A stretch of 21,477 nucleotides of DNA from Myxococcales bacterium (GTDB taxonomy: Bacteria > Myxococcota > Myxococcia > Myxococcales > Anaeromyxobacteraceae), in contig JBBQEB010000055.1 in the NCBI GenBank assembly GCA_038320275.1, positions 1-21,477 on the forward strand, read 5' to 3'. The position numbers and the translations under genes are program-made. This document shows positions 9,691 through 17,733 of the stretch, in pieces. Position 1 is the stretch's first letter. Each line of letters starts with the position of its first letter. Under the pieces are notes generated by a model. That model was not told the DNA's origin. It saw nothing but the letters and a program-made list of their open reading frames with translations, and ran no database searches.

Positions 9691-10917
9691 TCACTTGCAC
9701 GACGCTGCGGCCCGCAGGACCCGCCCTGCCTCACTCCTCCAGCGCTCATCCAGCCGGACGAGGTGCGAGAGCCGGCCCGCGCACTTCTGGTGCCGATCCA
9801 GTTCTTCCGGCAGGGCGTACCTGAACTCCCAGCGCCTCGTCACCGGGTGCAGGCAGCCCGCCACGACGTCGAACTGGTCCCGTTTGTAGTACCTGGAGCA
9901 AGGATCGCTCGGCGACGCCCTCGTCTTCATGAAGTCCATCCTGGCGAGCCCGGACGCCGTTCTTCCCCGCAGGACGTTCTTGCATTCGATGCTCAGCTTC
10001 CTGCTCCCCTCGAAACGGAGCTCCACGTCGGGGACCCCCTCGCCCTGCATGCGCGCGCATTCGGTGACCCCGGGGAGGCCGCGCAGCGTCTTCACCAGGT
10101 GCCACTCGGCGCTTCCACCGCGGACCGCCATCAGCAATCTCGCATTGGCGAGGACCATCGCGACGAGCTCGCCCGAGGTCATGCCAAAGGCAGCCAGAAC
10201 CGCCGGATCGGGAGCGGGGCCGTCCATCGTCTCGTGCGACGGTTCAGGAACCAGCTCCTCGGCGGCCGCTCGCAACTTGTCGGGGCTCGACGCGGCCTCC
10301 TCCGCCAGCAGCTCCCTGTGGCCTTGGTCGAGCCCGCGCGCAGCGCGCTCGAAGCGCACGTAATCGAGGAAGCGAGTGGGCACGACGCCGACCACGACCT
10401 GCTCGGGGTCGCCGAATTGGCTGCTTGCCCTCTTCCCGGATGCGAGAGGACGGCGCAGCGGACGGCTCCACGTGTGCCACCCTCTCGTCCGGATCTCCTC
10501 GACGTGGCGTAGCTTGTACTCGAACCGGATGAAGAACCGCGTCGGGCTGTTCAGCACGGGGTCGATCCCGACGAAGTACCCGCCATCGGGGCTGACGCCC
10601 AAGAACAGCGTGGTGAACGCGCCTGTCGGGTCTTGCCAGATGTCGTGCAACTCTCCTTCCTTCTTGCTCCCGTACTTGATCTGAAAGCTGAGCTCGTCCC
10701 CGGGGCGGTTGTTCGTCGGGGTGAACGTCGAGGTGAAGGCGTAGCAGACAATGCCCATGCGCTCTCCATCCGCGGTGTCGAAGACGAACTTGAAGGGGGC
10801 GACCGAGGCGTCCGGCTTCAGGAACAGCTGGCAACCACACGCGATGAGCGCCTCGCCGATGAAGTCCACGAGGCGCTCTCGGGAGCGGGCCTGGACGGAG
10901 TAGGTGGGGAGCGGCAC
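9691..10917 (-). CDS. Putative restriction-type endonuclease: uncharacterised N-terminal domain plus C-terminal PD-(D/E)xK domain (408 aa)
   Basis: This is the C-terminal part of track ORF 9691..13749. GTG at 10917 has AGGA 7 nt upstream. The sequence is globular, with PDVELRFEGSRKLSIECKN as a PD...ExK motif, and it is co-oriented with the C5-MTase. Confidence 0.75.
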   Translation of the reverse strand: MPLPTYSVQARSRERLVDFIGEALIACGCQLFLKPDASVAPFKFVFDTADGERMGIVCYAFTSTFTPTNNRPGDELSFQIKYGSKKEGELHDIWQDPTGAFTTLFLGVSPDGGYFVGIDPVLNSPTRFFIRFEYKLRHVEEIRTRGWHTWSRPLRRPLASGKRASSQFGDPEQVVVGVVPTRFLDYVRFERAARGLDQGHRELLAEEAASSPDKLRAAAEELVPEPSHETMDGPAPDPAVLAAFGMTSGELVAMVLANARLLMAVRGGSAEWHLVKTLRGLPGVTECARMQGEGVPDVELRFEGSRKLSIECKNVLRGRTASGLARMDFMKTRASPSDPCSRYYKRDQFDVVAGCLHPVTRRWEFRYALPEELDRHQKCAGRLSHLVRLDERWRSEAGRVLRAAASCK

Positions 10918-10985
10918 GCCTGCATCCTGCCACGGACCTGCGGCTGGGGCGCTTGGACGATCGTCCGCACCGGCTCGATTCCGCC

Positions 10986-11741
10986 CTACCCCAACCTCCG
11001 CAGCCCCAGCAGCCACTCCCGATTTCCCGCCGGCCCTTCGATGGGCGACTCCGCTTCCCCGGTGACCTCGAAGCCGAGTGCACGGGCCGCGTCCTTCACG
11101 CTCTCCAGCGCCGCCCTGCGCTTGGCATCGTCGCGGACCACGCCGCCCTTGCCCACCTCCCCCTTCCCCACCTCGAACTGCGGTTTCACGAGGAGGATGG
11201 CGTCGCCGCCGGGGCGGAGCAGGGCCGAGACGGCTGGCAGCACCAGGCGCAGGGAGATGAAGGAGAGGTCGCCGGTGACGAGGTCCATGGGCTCGCCCAG
11301 CGACCCGGCGGTGAGCAGCCTCGCGTTCTCGCGCTCGCGCACGACGACGCGAGGGTCGGCGCGGAGCCTGGCGTGGAGCTGCCCGTAGCCGACGTCGATA
11401 GCGTACACGCGCGCGGCGCCGCGCTGCAGGAGGAGGTCGGTGAACCCGCCGGTGGAGGCGCCGAGGTCGGCGCAGACCTTCCCCCTGGGATCCACGGGCA
11501 ACACCTCCAGCGCCTTCTCCAGCTTCAGCGCGCCTCGCGAGACGTAGCGCTGCGGCGCGGCGCCCTCCTTCACGCGCACGGGCAGCTCGAGGGCGACGAG
11601 CTGGCCTGGCTTGTCCACCCGCGCCTCGCCGGCGACCACGGCGCCCGCCATGATCAGCGCCTGCGCCTGAGCGCGCGATGCGGCGAGGCCGCGCTCCACG
11701 AGGAGCAGGTCGATGCGCTTCTTCTTGGAGGCCTGGTTCAA
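10986..11741 (-). CDS. tlyA: TlyA family rRNA 2'-O-methyltransferase
   Basis: S4 domain (KRIDLLLVERGL) plus YVSRGALKL, DLGASTGGFTD, DVGYGQL, DLSFISL, LVKPQFE and SPIEGPAGNRE. TTG start; follows dxs. Confidence 0.95.
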   Translation of the reverse strand: MNQASKKKRIDLLLVERGLAASRAQAQALIMAGAVVAGEARVDKPGQLVALELPVRVKEGAAPQRYVSRGALKLEKALEVLPVDPRGKVCADLGASTGGFTDLLLQRGAARVYAIDVGYGQLHARLRADPRVVVRERENARLLTAGSLGEPMDLVTGDLSFISLRLVLPAVSALLRPGGDAILLVKPQFEVGKGEVGKGGVVRDDAKRRAALESVKDAARALGFEVTGEAESPIEGPAGNREWLLGLRRLG

Positions 11742-11778
11742 GCGGGCAGCCGCTCAGGCGAGGGGGACCGAAAGTGGC

Positions 11779-11870
11779 GGTCGTGGTCGTGGTCGAGCAG
11801 CGGGTCAGCGTCGCGGTCGAGGTCGAAGGTCGAGGTCCCGGTCGCGGTTGCGGTCCCGGTCGAAAGTCGC
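11779..11870. repeat. Degenerate hexamer tandem repeat (GGTCGN)n
   Basis: GGTCGT GGTCGT GGTCGA GCAGCG GGTCAG CGTCGC GGTCGA GGTCGA A GGTCGA GGTCCC GGTCGC GGTTGC GGTCCC GGTCGA, in the dxs-tlyA spacer. Confidence 0.85.
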
Positions 11871-11897
11871 GCCCGCACCCGCGCACAGCGCGCGCGC

Positions 11898-13823
11898 CTA
11901 CCCCACCCCGCGCCCGGCCCCCAGCACCACCCTCTCGCCCAGCAGCTCCCGCGCAGCGGCAGCGATGCCGACCGCATCGATGCCAAAGGAGGCACGTTGC
12001 TTCGCGGCGTCGCCGTGGGTGATGAAGGTGTCGGGCAGCCCCAGCCGCCGCAGGCGCATGCCGGCCGCGAGCAGCCCGTGCCGTTCGAAGGCCTCCATGC
12101 AGGCGGAGCCGAAGCCGCCCGCCAGCGCCGCCTCCTCGGCCGTGACCACCGCCCGCGCGCCGCGCGCGACGCCGCACACCAGCTCCTCGTCGAGCGGCTT
12201 CACGAAGCGGGCGTCGACCACGGAGGTGCGGATGCCCTCGGCCTTTAGCGCGTCGGCGGCCGCCAGCGCGGCATGCACGCTCGAGCCGATCGCGACCAGC
12301 GCCACCTCGGGCCGCGAGCCGGCGTCGCGCAGGAGCCGTCCGCGGCCGATCTCGAGGGGGGCGGGATTGACGTCGAGGGACGCTCCCACTCCGGAGCCGC
12401 GCGGGAAGCGGAATGCCGCCGGGCCGTCGTGCGCCAGCGCGGTCGCGAGCATGTGGCGAAGCTCGTTCTCGTCGGCCGGCGCCATCACCACCATGTTCGG
12501 GATGCAGCGGAGGTAGGCGAGGTCGAACGCGCCCTGGTGGGTCTTCCCGTCCGCCCCCACCAGCCCTCCTCGATCGAGCGCGAAGGTGACGGGCAGCCGC
12601 TGCAGGGCCACGTCGTGGATGATCTGGTCGTAGGCGCGCTGCAGGAAGGTGGAGTAGATGGCCACCACCGGCCGGAGCCCCTCGCATGCCAGGCCGGCGG
12701 CGAAGGTCACCGCGTGCTGCTCCGCGATCCCCACGTCGTACACGCGGTCCGGGAAGAGCAGCTTCGCCTTGATGAGGCCCGTCCCCTCCAGCATGGCAGC
12801 GGTGATGGCGACGATCCGCTTGTCCCGCTCCATGGCCTCGCAGAGCGCGTCCGCGAACAGGTCGGTGTAGCTCTTCACGGCCGGCTTCTTGGCGGTGGAC
12901 TTCCCGGTGGCGACGTCGAAGAAGCTCAGGCCATGCCCGCGGGTGGCGAGGTCGGTCTCGGCCGGCTTGTAGCCCTTGCCCTTGGTGGTGATGGCGTGCA
13001 CCAGCACCGGCCCGTCGCAGGAGGTCACCTTGCGGAAGGTCTCCACCAGGCCGAGCACGTCGTGACCGTCCACCGGCCCCACGTACTGGAAGCCGAGCCC
13101 CTCGAAGAGGATGCCCGGCGAGACCAGCGCCTTGGTGGCGTTGATGGCGTGGCGGATGGCCTTGATGGCATCCGTCCCCTTGGGCAGCTGGGTGAGGATG
13201 TCCTTCGCGGTCCGGCGCCAGTGGTTGAAGGTGCGGGAGGCGAACTTCTTCGTGAACCACTCCGAGAGCGCGCCCACGTTGGGCGAGATCGACATCTCGT
13301 TGTCGTTCAGCACCACCAGCAGATCGCGCCCGAGATAGCCGGCCTGGTTGAGCCCCTCGAAGGCAATCCCGCCGGTGAGGGCGCCGTCGCCCACGAGCGC
13401 CACCACCTTGCCCTGCTCGTTGTGGAGCCGCCGCCCCTCCAGCATGCCGAGGGCCGCCGACACGGAAGTGGACGCGTGGCCCACGCCGAAGGCGTCGTGC
13501 TCCGACTCGTCGCGCTCGGGGAAGCCGGCCAGCCCCCCCTCGGTGCGGATGGTCCGAAACCGGTCTCGGCGGCCCGTGAGCAGCTTGTGCGCATACGCCT
13601 GGTGGCCCACGTCGAAGACGAGCCGATCGAGAGGCGACGCGTACACGTAGTGCAGGGCCACCACCAGCTCGACCGCGCCCAGCGAGCTCCCGAGGTGCCC
13701 GCCGTTCAGGGCGCACGTTCCGACGATCTCGTCGCGGATCTCCTCGCAAAGTCGCGGTAGGTCCTCTGGCTTGAGCCTCTTCAGATCCAGCGGGCTCTCG
13801 ATGCGGTCGAGCAGTCTCGGCAT
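11898..13823 (-). CDS. dxs: 1-deoxy-D-xylulose-5-phosphate synthase
   Basis: Motifs GGHLGSSLG, FDVGHQAYAHKLLTGR, GDGALTGG...NDNEMSIS, DVGIAEQHAV and DGKTHQG. ATG 13823 has the SD GAGGTGAGG. Confidence 0.98.
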   Translation of the reverse strand: MPRLLDRIESPLDLKRLKPEDLPRLCEEIRDEIVGTCALNGGHLGSSLGAVELVVALHYVYASPLDRLVFDVGHQAYAHKLLTGRRDRFRTIRTEGGLAGFPERDESEHDAFGVGHASTSVSAALGMLEGRRLHNEQGKVVALVGDGALTGGIAFEGLNQAGYLGRDLLVVLNDNEMSISPNVGALSEWFTKKFASRTFNHWRRTAKDILTQLPKGTDAIKAIRHAINATKALVSPGILFEGLGFQYVGPVDGHDVLGLVETFRKVTSCDGPVLVHAITTKGKGYKPAETDLATRGHGLSFFDVATGKSTAKKPAVKSYTDLFADALCEAMERDKRIVAITAAMLEGTGLIKAKLLFPDRVYDVGIAEQHAVTFAAGLACEGLRPVVAIYSTFLQRAYDQIIHDVALQRLPVTFALDRGGLVGADGKTHQGAFDLAYLRCIPNMVVMAPADENELRHMLATALAHDGPAAFRFPRGSGVGASLDVNPAPLEIGRGRLLRDAGSRPEVALVAIGSSVHAALAAADALKAEGIRTSVVDARFVKPLDEELVCGVARGARAVVTAEEAALAGGFGSACMEAFERHGLLAAGMRLRRLGLPDTFITHGDAAKQRASFGIDAVGIAAAARELLGERVVLGAGRGVG

Positions 13824-13827
13824 GTCC

Positions 13828-14709
13828 TCACCTCTTCCGCGCCACGACGAAGCGCGCCAGGGCTCGCAGCGGCTCGGCGAGCGGTCCGAGCGGCTGCAGG
13901 AGATCGAGCGCCTCGGCGCAGGCGGCGCCGGCGCGGCGCCGCGCCTCCTCCACTCCAACCAGCGACGGCAGCGTCGCCTTCCCCGCGGCGGCGTCCTTCC
14001 CGGCCCGCTTTCCCAGGGTGGCGGCATCGCCGGTCAGGTCGAGGAGGTCGTCGGCGATCTGGAACGCGAGTCCCAGCCGCTCCCCCACACCATCCAGTCT
14101 ACCCGGTTCCCCGGTCGCGGCGAGCGCTCCACCGGCGACCGCGGCGGCGATGAGCGCCCCCGTCTTGGCCGCCATGAGACGGAGAACTGCCGCCTCTTCG
14201 AGTGCCTGCCCCTCGGCCGCCAGGTCGAGCGCCTGCCCCTCGACCATGCGAAGGGCGGCGCCGGCCAGGAGGACGGCGAGTGGAGCCGCGCGCGCCTCGG
14301 CTGGGGAGAGCAGGTGCCGGAAGGCCAGCGCCTGGAGGGCGTCGCCCACCAGCACCGCCGTCGCCTCGTCGAACGCGCGGTGAACGGTGGGCCGGCCCCG
14401 GCGCAGGTCGTCATCGTCCATGCAAGGGAGGTCGTCGTGGACGAGCGAGTAGGTGTGGATCATCTCCAACGCGAGCGCGTAACGCATCGCGAGGCTGCCG
14501 TCGCCCGCATCGCCGCCCAGCGCCTCGCAGGCGGCCAGCACCAGCGCCGGCCGGAGCCGCTTGCCGCCTCCCGTGAGCGCGTAGGCGAGCGCCTCCGCGA
14601 GGCGGGACGCGGGGCCGACCCGCTCTGCGCGCGCCACCGCTTCCAGCAGAGCATCGACCCGGGCGCCCACCCGAGCGAGACCGTCCAGAGCTGTCGCCTC
14701 GGAGCCCAC
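13828..14709 (-). CDS. ispA: Polyprenyl diphosphate synthase (geranyltranstransferase)
   Basis: Motifs GGKRLRP, HTYSLVHDDLPCMDDDDLRRGRPT, KTGAL, FQIADDLLD and GKDAAAGKAT; xseB-ispA-dxs synteny. The start is uncertain (GTG 14709 or 14727). Confidence 0.92.
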   Translation of the reverse strand: MGSEATALDGLARVGARVDALLEAVARAERVGPASRLAEALAYALTGGGKRLRPALVLAACEALGGDAGDGSLAMRYALALEMIHTYSLVHDDLPCMDDDDLRRGRPTVHRAFDEATAVLVGDALQALAFRHLLSPAEARAAPLAVLLAGAALRMVEGQALDLAAEGQALEEAAVLRLMAAKTGALIAAAVAGGALAATGEPGRLDGVGERLGLAFQIADDLLDLTGDAATLGKRAGKDAAAGKATLPSLVGVEEARRRAGAACAEALDLLQPLGPLAEPLRALARFVVARKR

Positions 14710-14800
14710 GGCGAGGGGTTGTAGCACGCCAGGGGCCCTGCCCGGATCCAGGTCACCGCCCAGCGATTCGCGTGTCCTGCCGCGCGCTCGGGCTCGCCGG

Positions 14801-15214
14801 TCAGGCCGGAGAAGCGGCGGCGGCGGCACTGCGTTCCGCCAGGATCTCGCGCATGCGGGCCACCAGCCGGTCCATGTCGAGCGGCTTCGGAAAGTAGTCG
14901 ACCGCACCCGCCTCGCGGCCGGCCCGCTCGTCATCGGTGCTCTTGCGCGCCGACACGAAGATCACCGGGATGTCGTGGAAGGTGGGGTTCTTCTTGATGG
15001 CGCGGCACAGCTCGAAGCCGTCGATCCAGCTCATCATCACGTCGAGCAGGATGACGTCGGGCCGGTCCACGTGCATGGCCGAGATGAGCCGGAGCCCGTT
15101 GGCGGCTCCACCGACGTCGAACCCCTCGAGCTCCAGCGCGAGGGTGAGCATCTCGCGGGTGTCGCGGTCATCGTCGACGATGATGACCTTCGGCTTGCGC
15201 GAGCTCGCGGTCAT
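14801..15214 (-). CDS. Single-domain response regulator (receiver only)
   Basis: VIIVDDD, the phospho-acceptor in ILLDVMM, FVSAR and YFPKP. The ATG overlaps the xseB stop (TGATG). Confidence 0.92.
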   Translation of the reverse strand: MTASSRKPKVIIVDDDRDTREMLTLALELEGFDVGGAANGLRLISAMHVDRPDVILLDVMMSWIDGFELCRAIKKNPTFHDIPVIFVSARKSTDDERAGREAGAVDYFPKPLDMDRLVARMREILAERSAAAAASPA

Positions 15215-15492
15215 CAAGGGCCCTGGCCCCCGTCCGCTTCGAACGGCACCGCCGCCTCGGTTCCGTCCGCGTTGCGCACGAGGAGCTCGATGCGGCGCTC
15301 CGCTTCGTCGAGCTTGCGGGTCGCTTCGGTGGCCAGCTTCACGCCCTCGGCGAACTTCTCGATGGAGGACTCCAGGCTGAGCTTGCCCGACTCGAGCTCA
15401 CCGACCACGCGTTCGAGCCTGCCCACGACGGCGTCGTACGCCTCCGCCGGCTCGGCCCTCGTCCCAGCCCCTCGCTCGACCGCCTCGACCAT
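15214..15492 (-). CDS. xseB: Exodeoxyribonuclease VII small subunit
   Basis: [29 protein letters not shown]...[11 protein letters not shown]; directly after xseA. Confidence 0.93.
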   Translation of the reverse strand: MVEAVERGAGTRAEPAEAYDAVVGRLERVVGELESGKLSLESSIEKFAEGVKLATEATRKLDEAERRIELLVRNADGTEAAVPFEADGGQGP

Positions 15493-15525
15493 CTTTTCAC
15501 CTGTAGCAGACGTCGGAAACCGGGA

Positions 15526-16956
15526 TCAACCGCGCGGGGGCTCGTCACCCTCGTCGAGGCGCCGCGCGTCGCCGCGCCGGATGGGATCGGTGCCCACGTC
15601 CCGCTCCACCACCGTCACCCAAAGCCAGCCCCGTGCCAGCGCCACCGCCAGCCTCTCTCCCGGGGAGGCGTCCTCGCTCCGCGTCACGAGCGCTCCGTCC
15701 TTCAGGACGAGCGCGAAGCCGCGCTCTAGGAGCTTCGCCACGTTGGCGGGCTCGAGGCGGTGCCGCAGGCGCTCGAGCCGCATCCGCTCGCGCGGAAAGG
15801 TGGTCTGCTGCCACGTTCGCAGGCGCCGCGCTGCCTCCTCGGCGCGCTTCGCGAGCGCCCGGACTCGCGCGCGGGGCTCGGACCGCGCCAGGCGCGACCT
15901 CGCGTCCAGGAGACGCTCCCGGCGCCGGCGGCAAGCGAGCCCGGTCGCCTCCTCGGCGCGCCGCAGGAGATCCTCGGTGCGGTGCCGCTGGTGCGACACG
16001 AGATGACTGGGGTCGCCGAGCTCCGCCCGGAGCGCGCGCACGATGCCGCGGCGCGAGGCGAGCGCCTCGGAGAGCGCCCTCTTCGCGCGCGCTCGAAGCG
16101 CAGCCAGGCGTGCGTCGAGCTCCTCCCGGACAGGGGCGACGAGCTGGGCCGCGTGCGTGGGTGTGGAGGCGCGCACGTCGGCGACGAGGTCCGCCACGGT
16201 GAAGTCCACCTCGTGGCCCACCGCGCTCACGATGGGGACCGGGCAGGCCGCGATGGCGCGCGCCAGCCGCTCGTCGTTGAAGGCCGCGAGGTCGTCCCCC
16301 GATCCCCCTCCGCGGGTGACGACGATGACGTCGCAGCGCGCCCGGCAAAGCGCGCGCACCGCGGAGGTGACCGTGGCCGCCGCGCCCTCGCCCTGCACGC
16401 GGCAGGGCGCGATGAGCACAGGCAGGGTCGGGTAGCGCCCGTGCAGCACCCGGATGAAATCGCGCAGGGCGGCGCCGGTGGGGCTCGTCGCCACGCCGAT
16501 GCGGCGCGGCAGGAACGGGAGCGGCCTGCGCTTCGCGGGGTCGATGAGGCCGTCGTCGAGGAGCCGCTGCTTGATCTGCTTCAGGAGGAGCGCCTGCGCG
16601 CCTGCCCCTCGGGGCTCCACCTCCTGGATCACGAGCTGATACTTGCCGTGCGGCGGGTAGACCTCGATCGATCCCCGCGCCAGAATCTGGAGCCCCTCCT
16701 CCAGCGCGAAAGAGAGCCGGCGCGCCTGGGCCGCCCAGATCACCGCGCTGATGCTGGCCTCCGCGTCCTTGAGCCCGAAGTAGAGATGCCCGCTCGCCTG
16801 CCGGCGGAAGCTCGCCACCTCCCCACCAACCCAGACGTCCCTGAAGCGCGGCTCGACCTGCGCGCGGAGGAGCCGCGTGAGCTCGCCGATCGAGAGGGCG
16901 CGGGGGCGCACCTGCGAGAACAGGTCGCCGGTCTCTCCGGGCTTGGGCGCCGCCAT
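15526..16956 (-). CDS. xseA: Exodeoxyribonuclease VII large subunit
   Basis: OB fold (WVGGEV, SGHLYFGLKD) plus TSPTGAALRD, VQGEGA, RGGGS..DL..FNDE and SAVGHEVDFT..D.VADVRASTPT. Confidence 0.97.
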   Translation of the reverse strand: MAAPKPGETGDLFSQVRPRALSIGELTRLLRAQVEPRFRDVWVGGEVASFRRQASGHLYFGLKDAEASISAVIWAAQARRLSFALEEGLQILARGSIEVYPPHGKYQLVIQEVEPRGAGAQALLLKQIKQRLLDDGLIDPAKRRPLPFLPRRIGVATSPTGAALRDFIRVLHGRYPTLPVLIAPCRVQGEGAAATVTSAVRALCRARCDVIVVTRGGGSGDDLAAFNDERLARAIAACPVPIVSAVGHEVDFTVADLVADVRASTPTHAAQLVAPVREELDARLAALRARAKRALSEALASRRGIVRALRAELGDPSHLVSHQRHRTEDLLRRAEEATGLACRRRRERLLDARSRLARSEPRARVRALAKRAEEAARRLRTWQQTTFPRERMRLERLRHRLEPANVAKLLERGFALVLKDGALVTRSEDASPGERLAVALARGWLWVTVVERDVGTDPIRRGDARRLDEGDEPPRG

Positions 16957-16968
16957 GCGGTCGGGAGC

Positions 16969-17733
16969 CTACCGCGTGAGCGTGCGCGCCGCACGCCGGG
17001 AGCGAAGCTCGACGAGCAGCTCGAGGAGCTCGTCCACCGCCCCCTGGTCGCGGAGCCGGTACTCGGCGGCGCTGGGGCCCGGACCGACCCGGACGCCCAG
17101 CACGACCGGCGGTCCGAGCGCGAAGGCATCCTCGTCGGTGACGTCGTCGCCGGCATAGAGGGCGCTCTCGAGCTTCTCCCGCCGGAGGAGCGCGACGACC
17201 GCGTCGCCTTTGTCGGGGAAGCGCTCGGGGAGGACGTTCAGGACCTTCTTGCCCCGGATGATCCGCGCGTTCGGAAGCTTGGCGGCGGCGGCGAGCACGG
17301 CCTTCTCCGCCTCGCGCCAGCGGCGCTCGAGCCCGTAGTGGACGGAGAGGGTGGAGCGCTTGTCCTCCACGAACACCTCCATCGCCCCGAGCTCCGCGAG
17401 GAGCGCGGCGCGCCAGCCCGCCACCTGGGCCAGGACGATCTTCGGGACCGGGCGTGCCTCGCCGAGCTCGTACCCGTGGTTGCCCACCACGATGTGCACC
17501 GCCCCCTCGGTGAGCCGGAGGGTGTGGTCGTAGGCGCGCCCGGAGACCGCAGCCACCGGCCAGACCTTCGAGAGCTGCCCGAGCAGCCGCTTGGTGGAGC
17601 GGCGCATCCGGGCGCCGCCGGGATCGGTGACGAGGGGTGCCAGGACGCCGTCGTAGTCGAAGGCCAGCAGCGAGCGGCCGCCTGCGAGGCGCTCGAGGGC
17701 CTCTCGACCCCGAGATTGAAGGAGATCCCTCAC
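16969..17733 (-). CDS. otsB: Trehalose-6-phosphate phosphatase (HAD IIB)
   Basis: HAD motifs FDYDGVLAP, VSGR, GNHG, EDK...SVHY, GKKVLNV, DKGDAV and GDDVTDEDAF. GTG 17733 overlaps the hemH stop (GTGA). Confidence 0.85.
   Translation of the reverse strand: MRDLLQSRGREALERLAGGRSLLAFDYDGVLAPLVTDPGGARMRRSTKRLLGQLSKVWPVAAVSGRAYDHTLRLTEGAVHIVVGNHGYELGEARPVPKIVLAQVAGWRAALLAELGAMEVFVEDKRSTLSVHYGLERRWREAEKAVLAAAAKLPNARIIRGKKVLNVLPERFPDKGDAVVALLRREKLESALYAGDDVTDEDAFALGPPVVLGVRVGPGPSAAEYRLRDQGAVDELLELLVELRSRRAARTLTR

Noticed and set aside
8442..9693. 8-bp inverted repeat TGAAGGTG / CACCTTCA flanking the HNH gene as terminal inverted repeats
   Set aside because: It is too short to exceed chance, one copy lies inside the HNH CDS, and there is no transposase.
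10970..10985. tRNA T-arm-like CGG-CTCGATT-CCG (and GGTCGAAACC at about 5741) as att-site remnants
   Set aside because: There is no cloverleaf, the two ends do not match each other, and no integrase is present.
11738..11995. 85-aa ORF spanning the hexamer tract; also considered as a CRISPR-like array
   Set aside because: The ORF overlaps dxs and changes repeat phase midway. The repeats are 6 bp with no unique spacers and there are no cas genes.
9691..13749. 1352-aa ORF as one giant protein
   Set aside because: The first ~940 aa are an Arg/Gly/Ala-rich off-frame shadow of dxs and tlyA. Only 9691-10917 looks like a real protein and has its own start signal.
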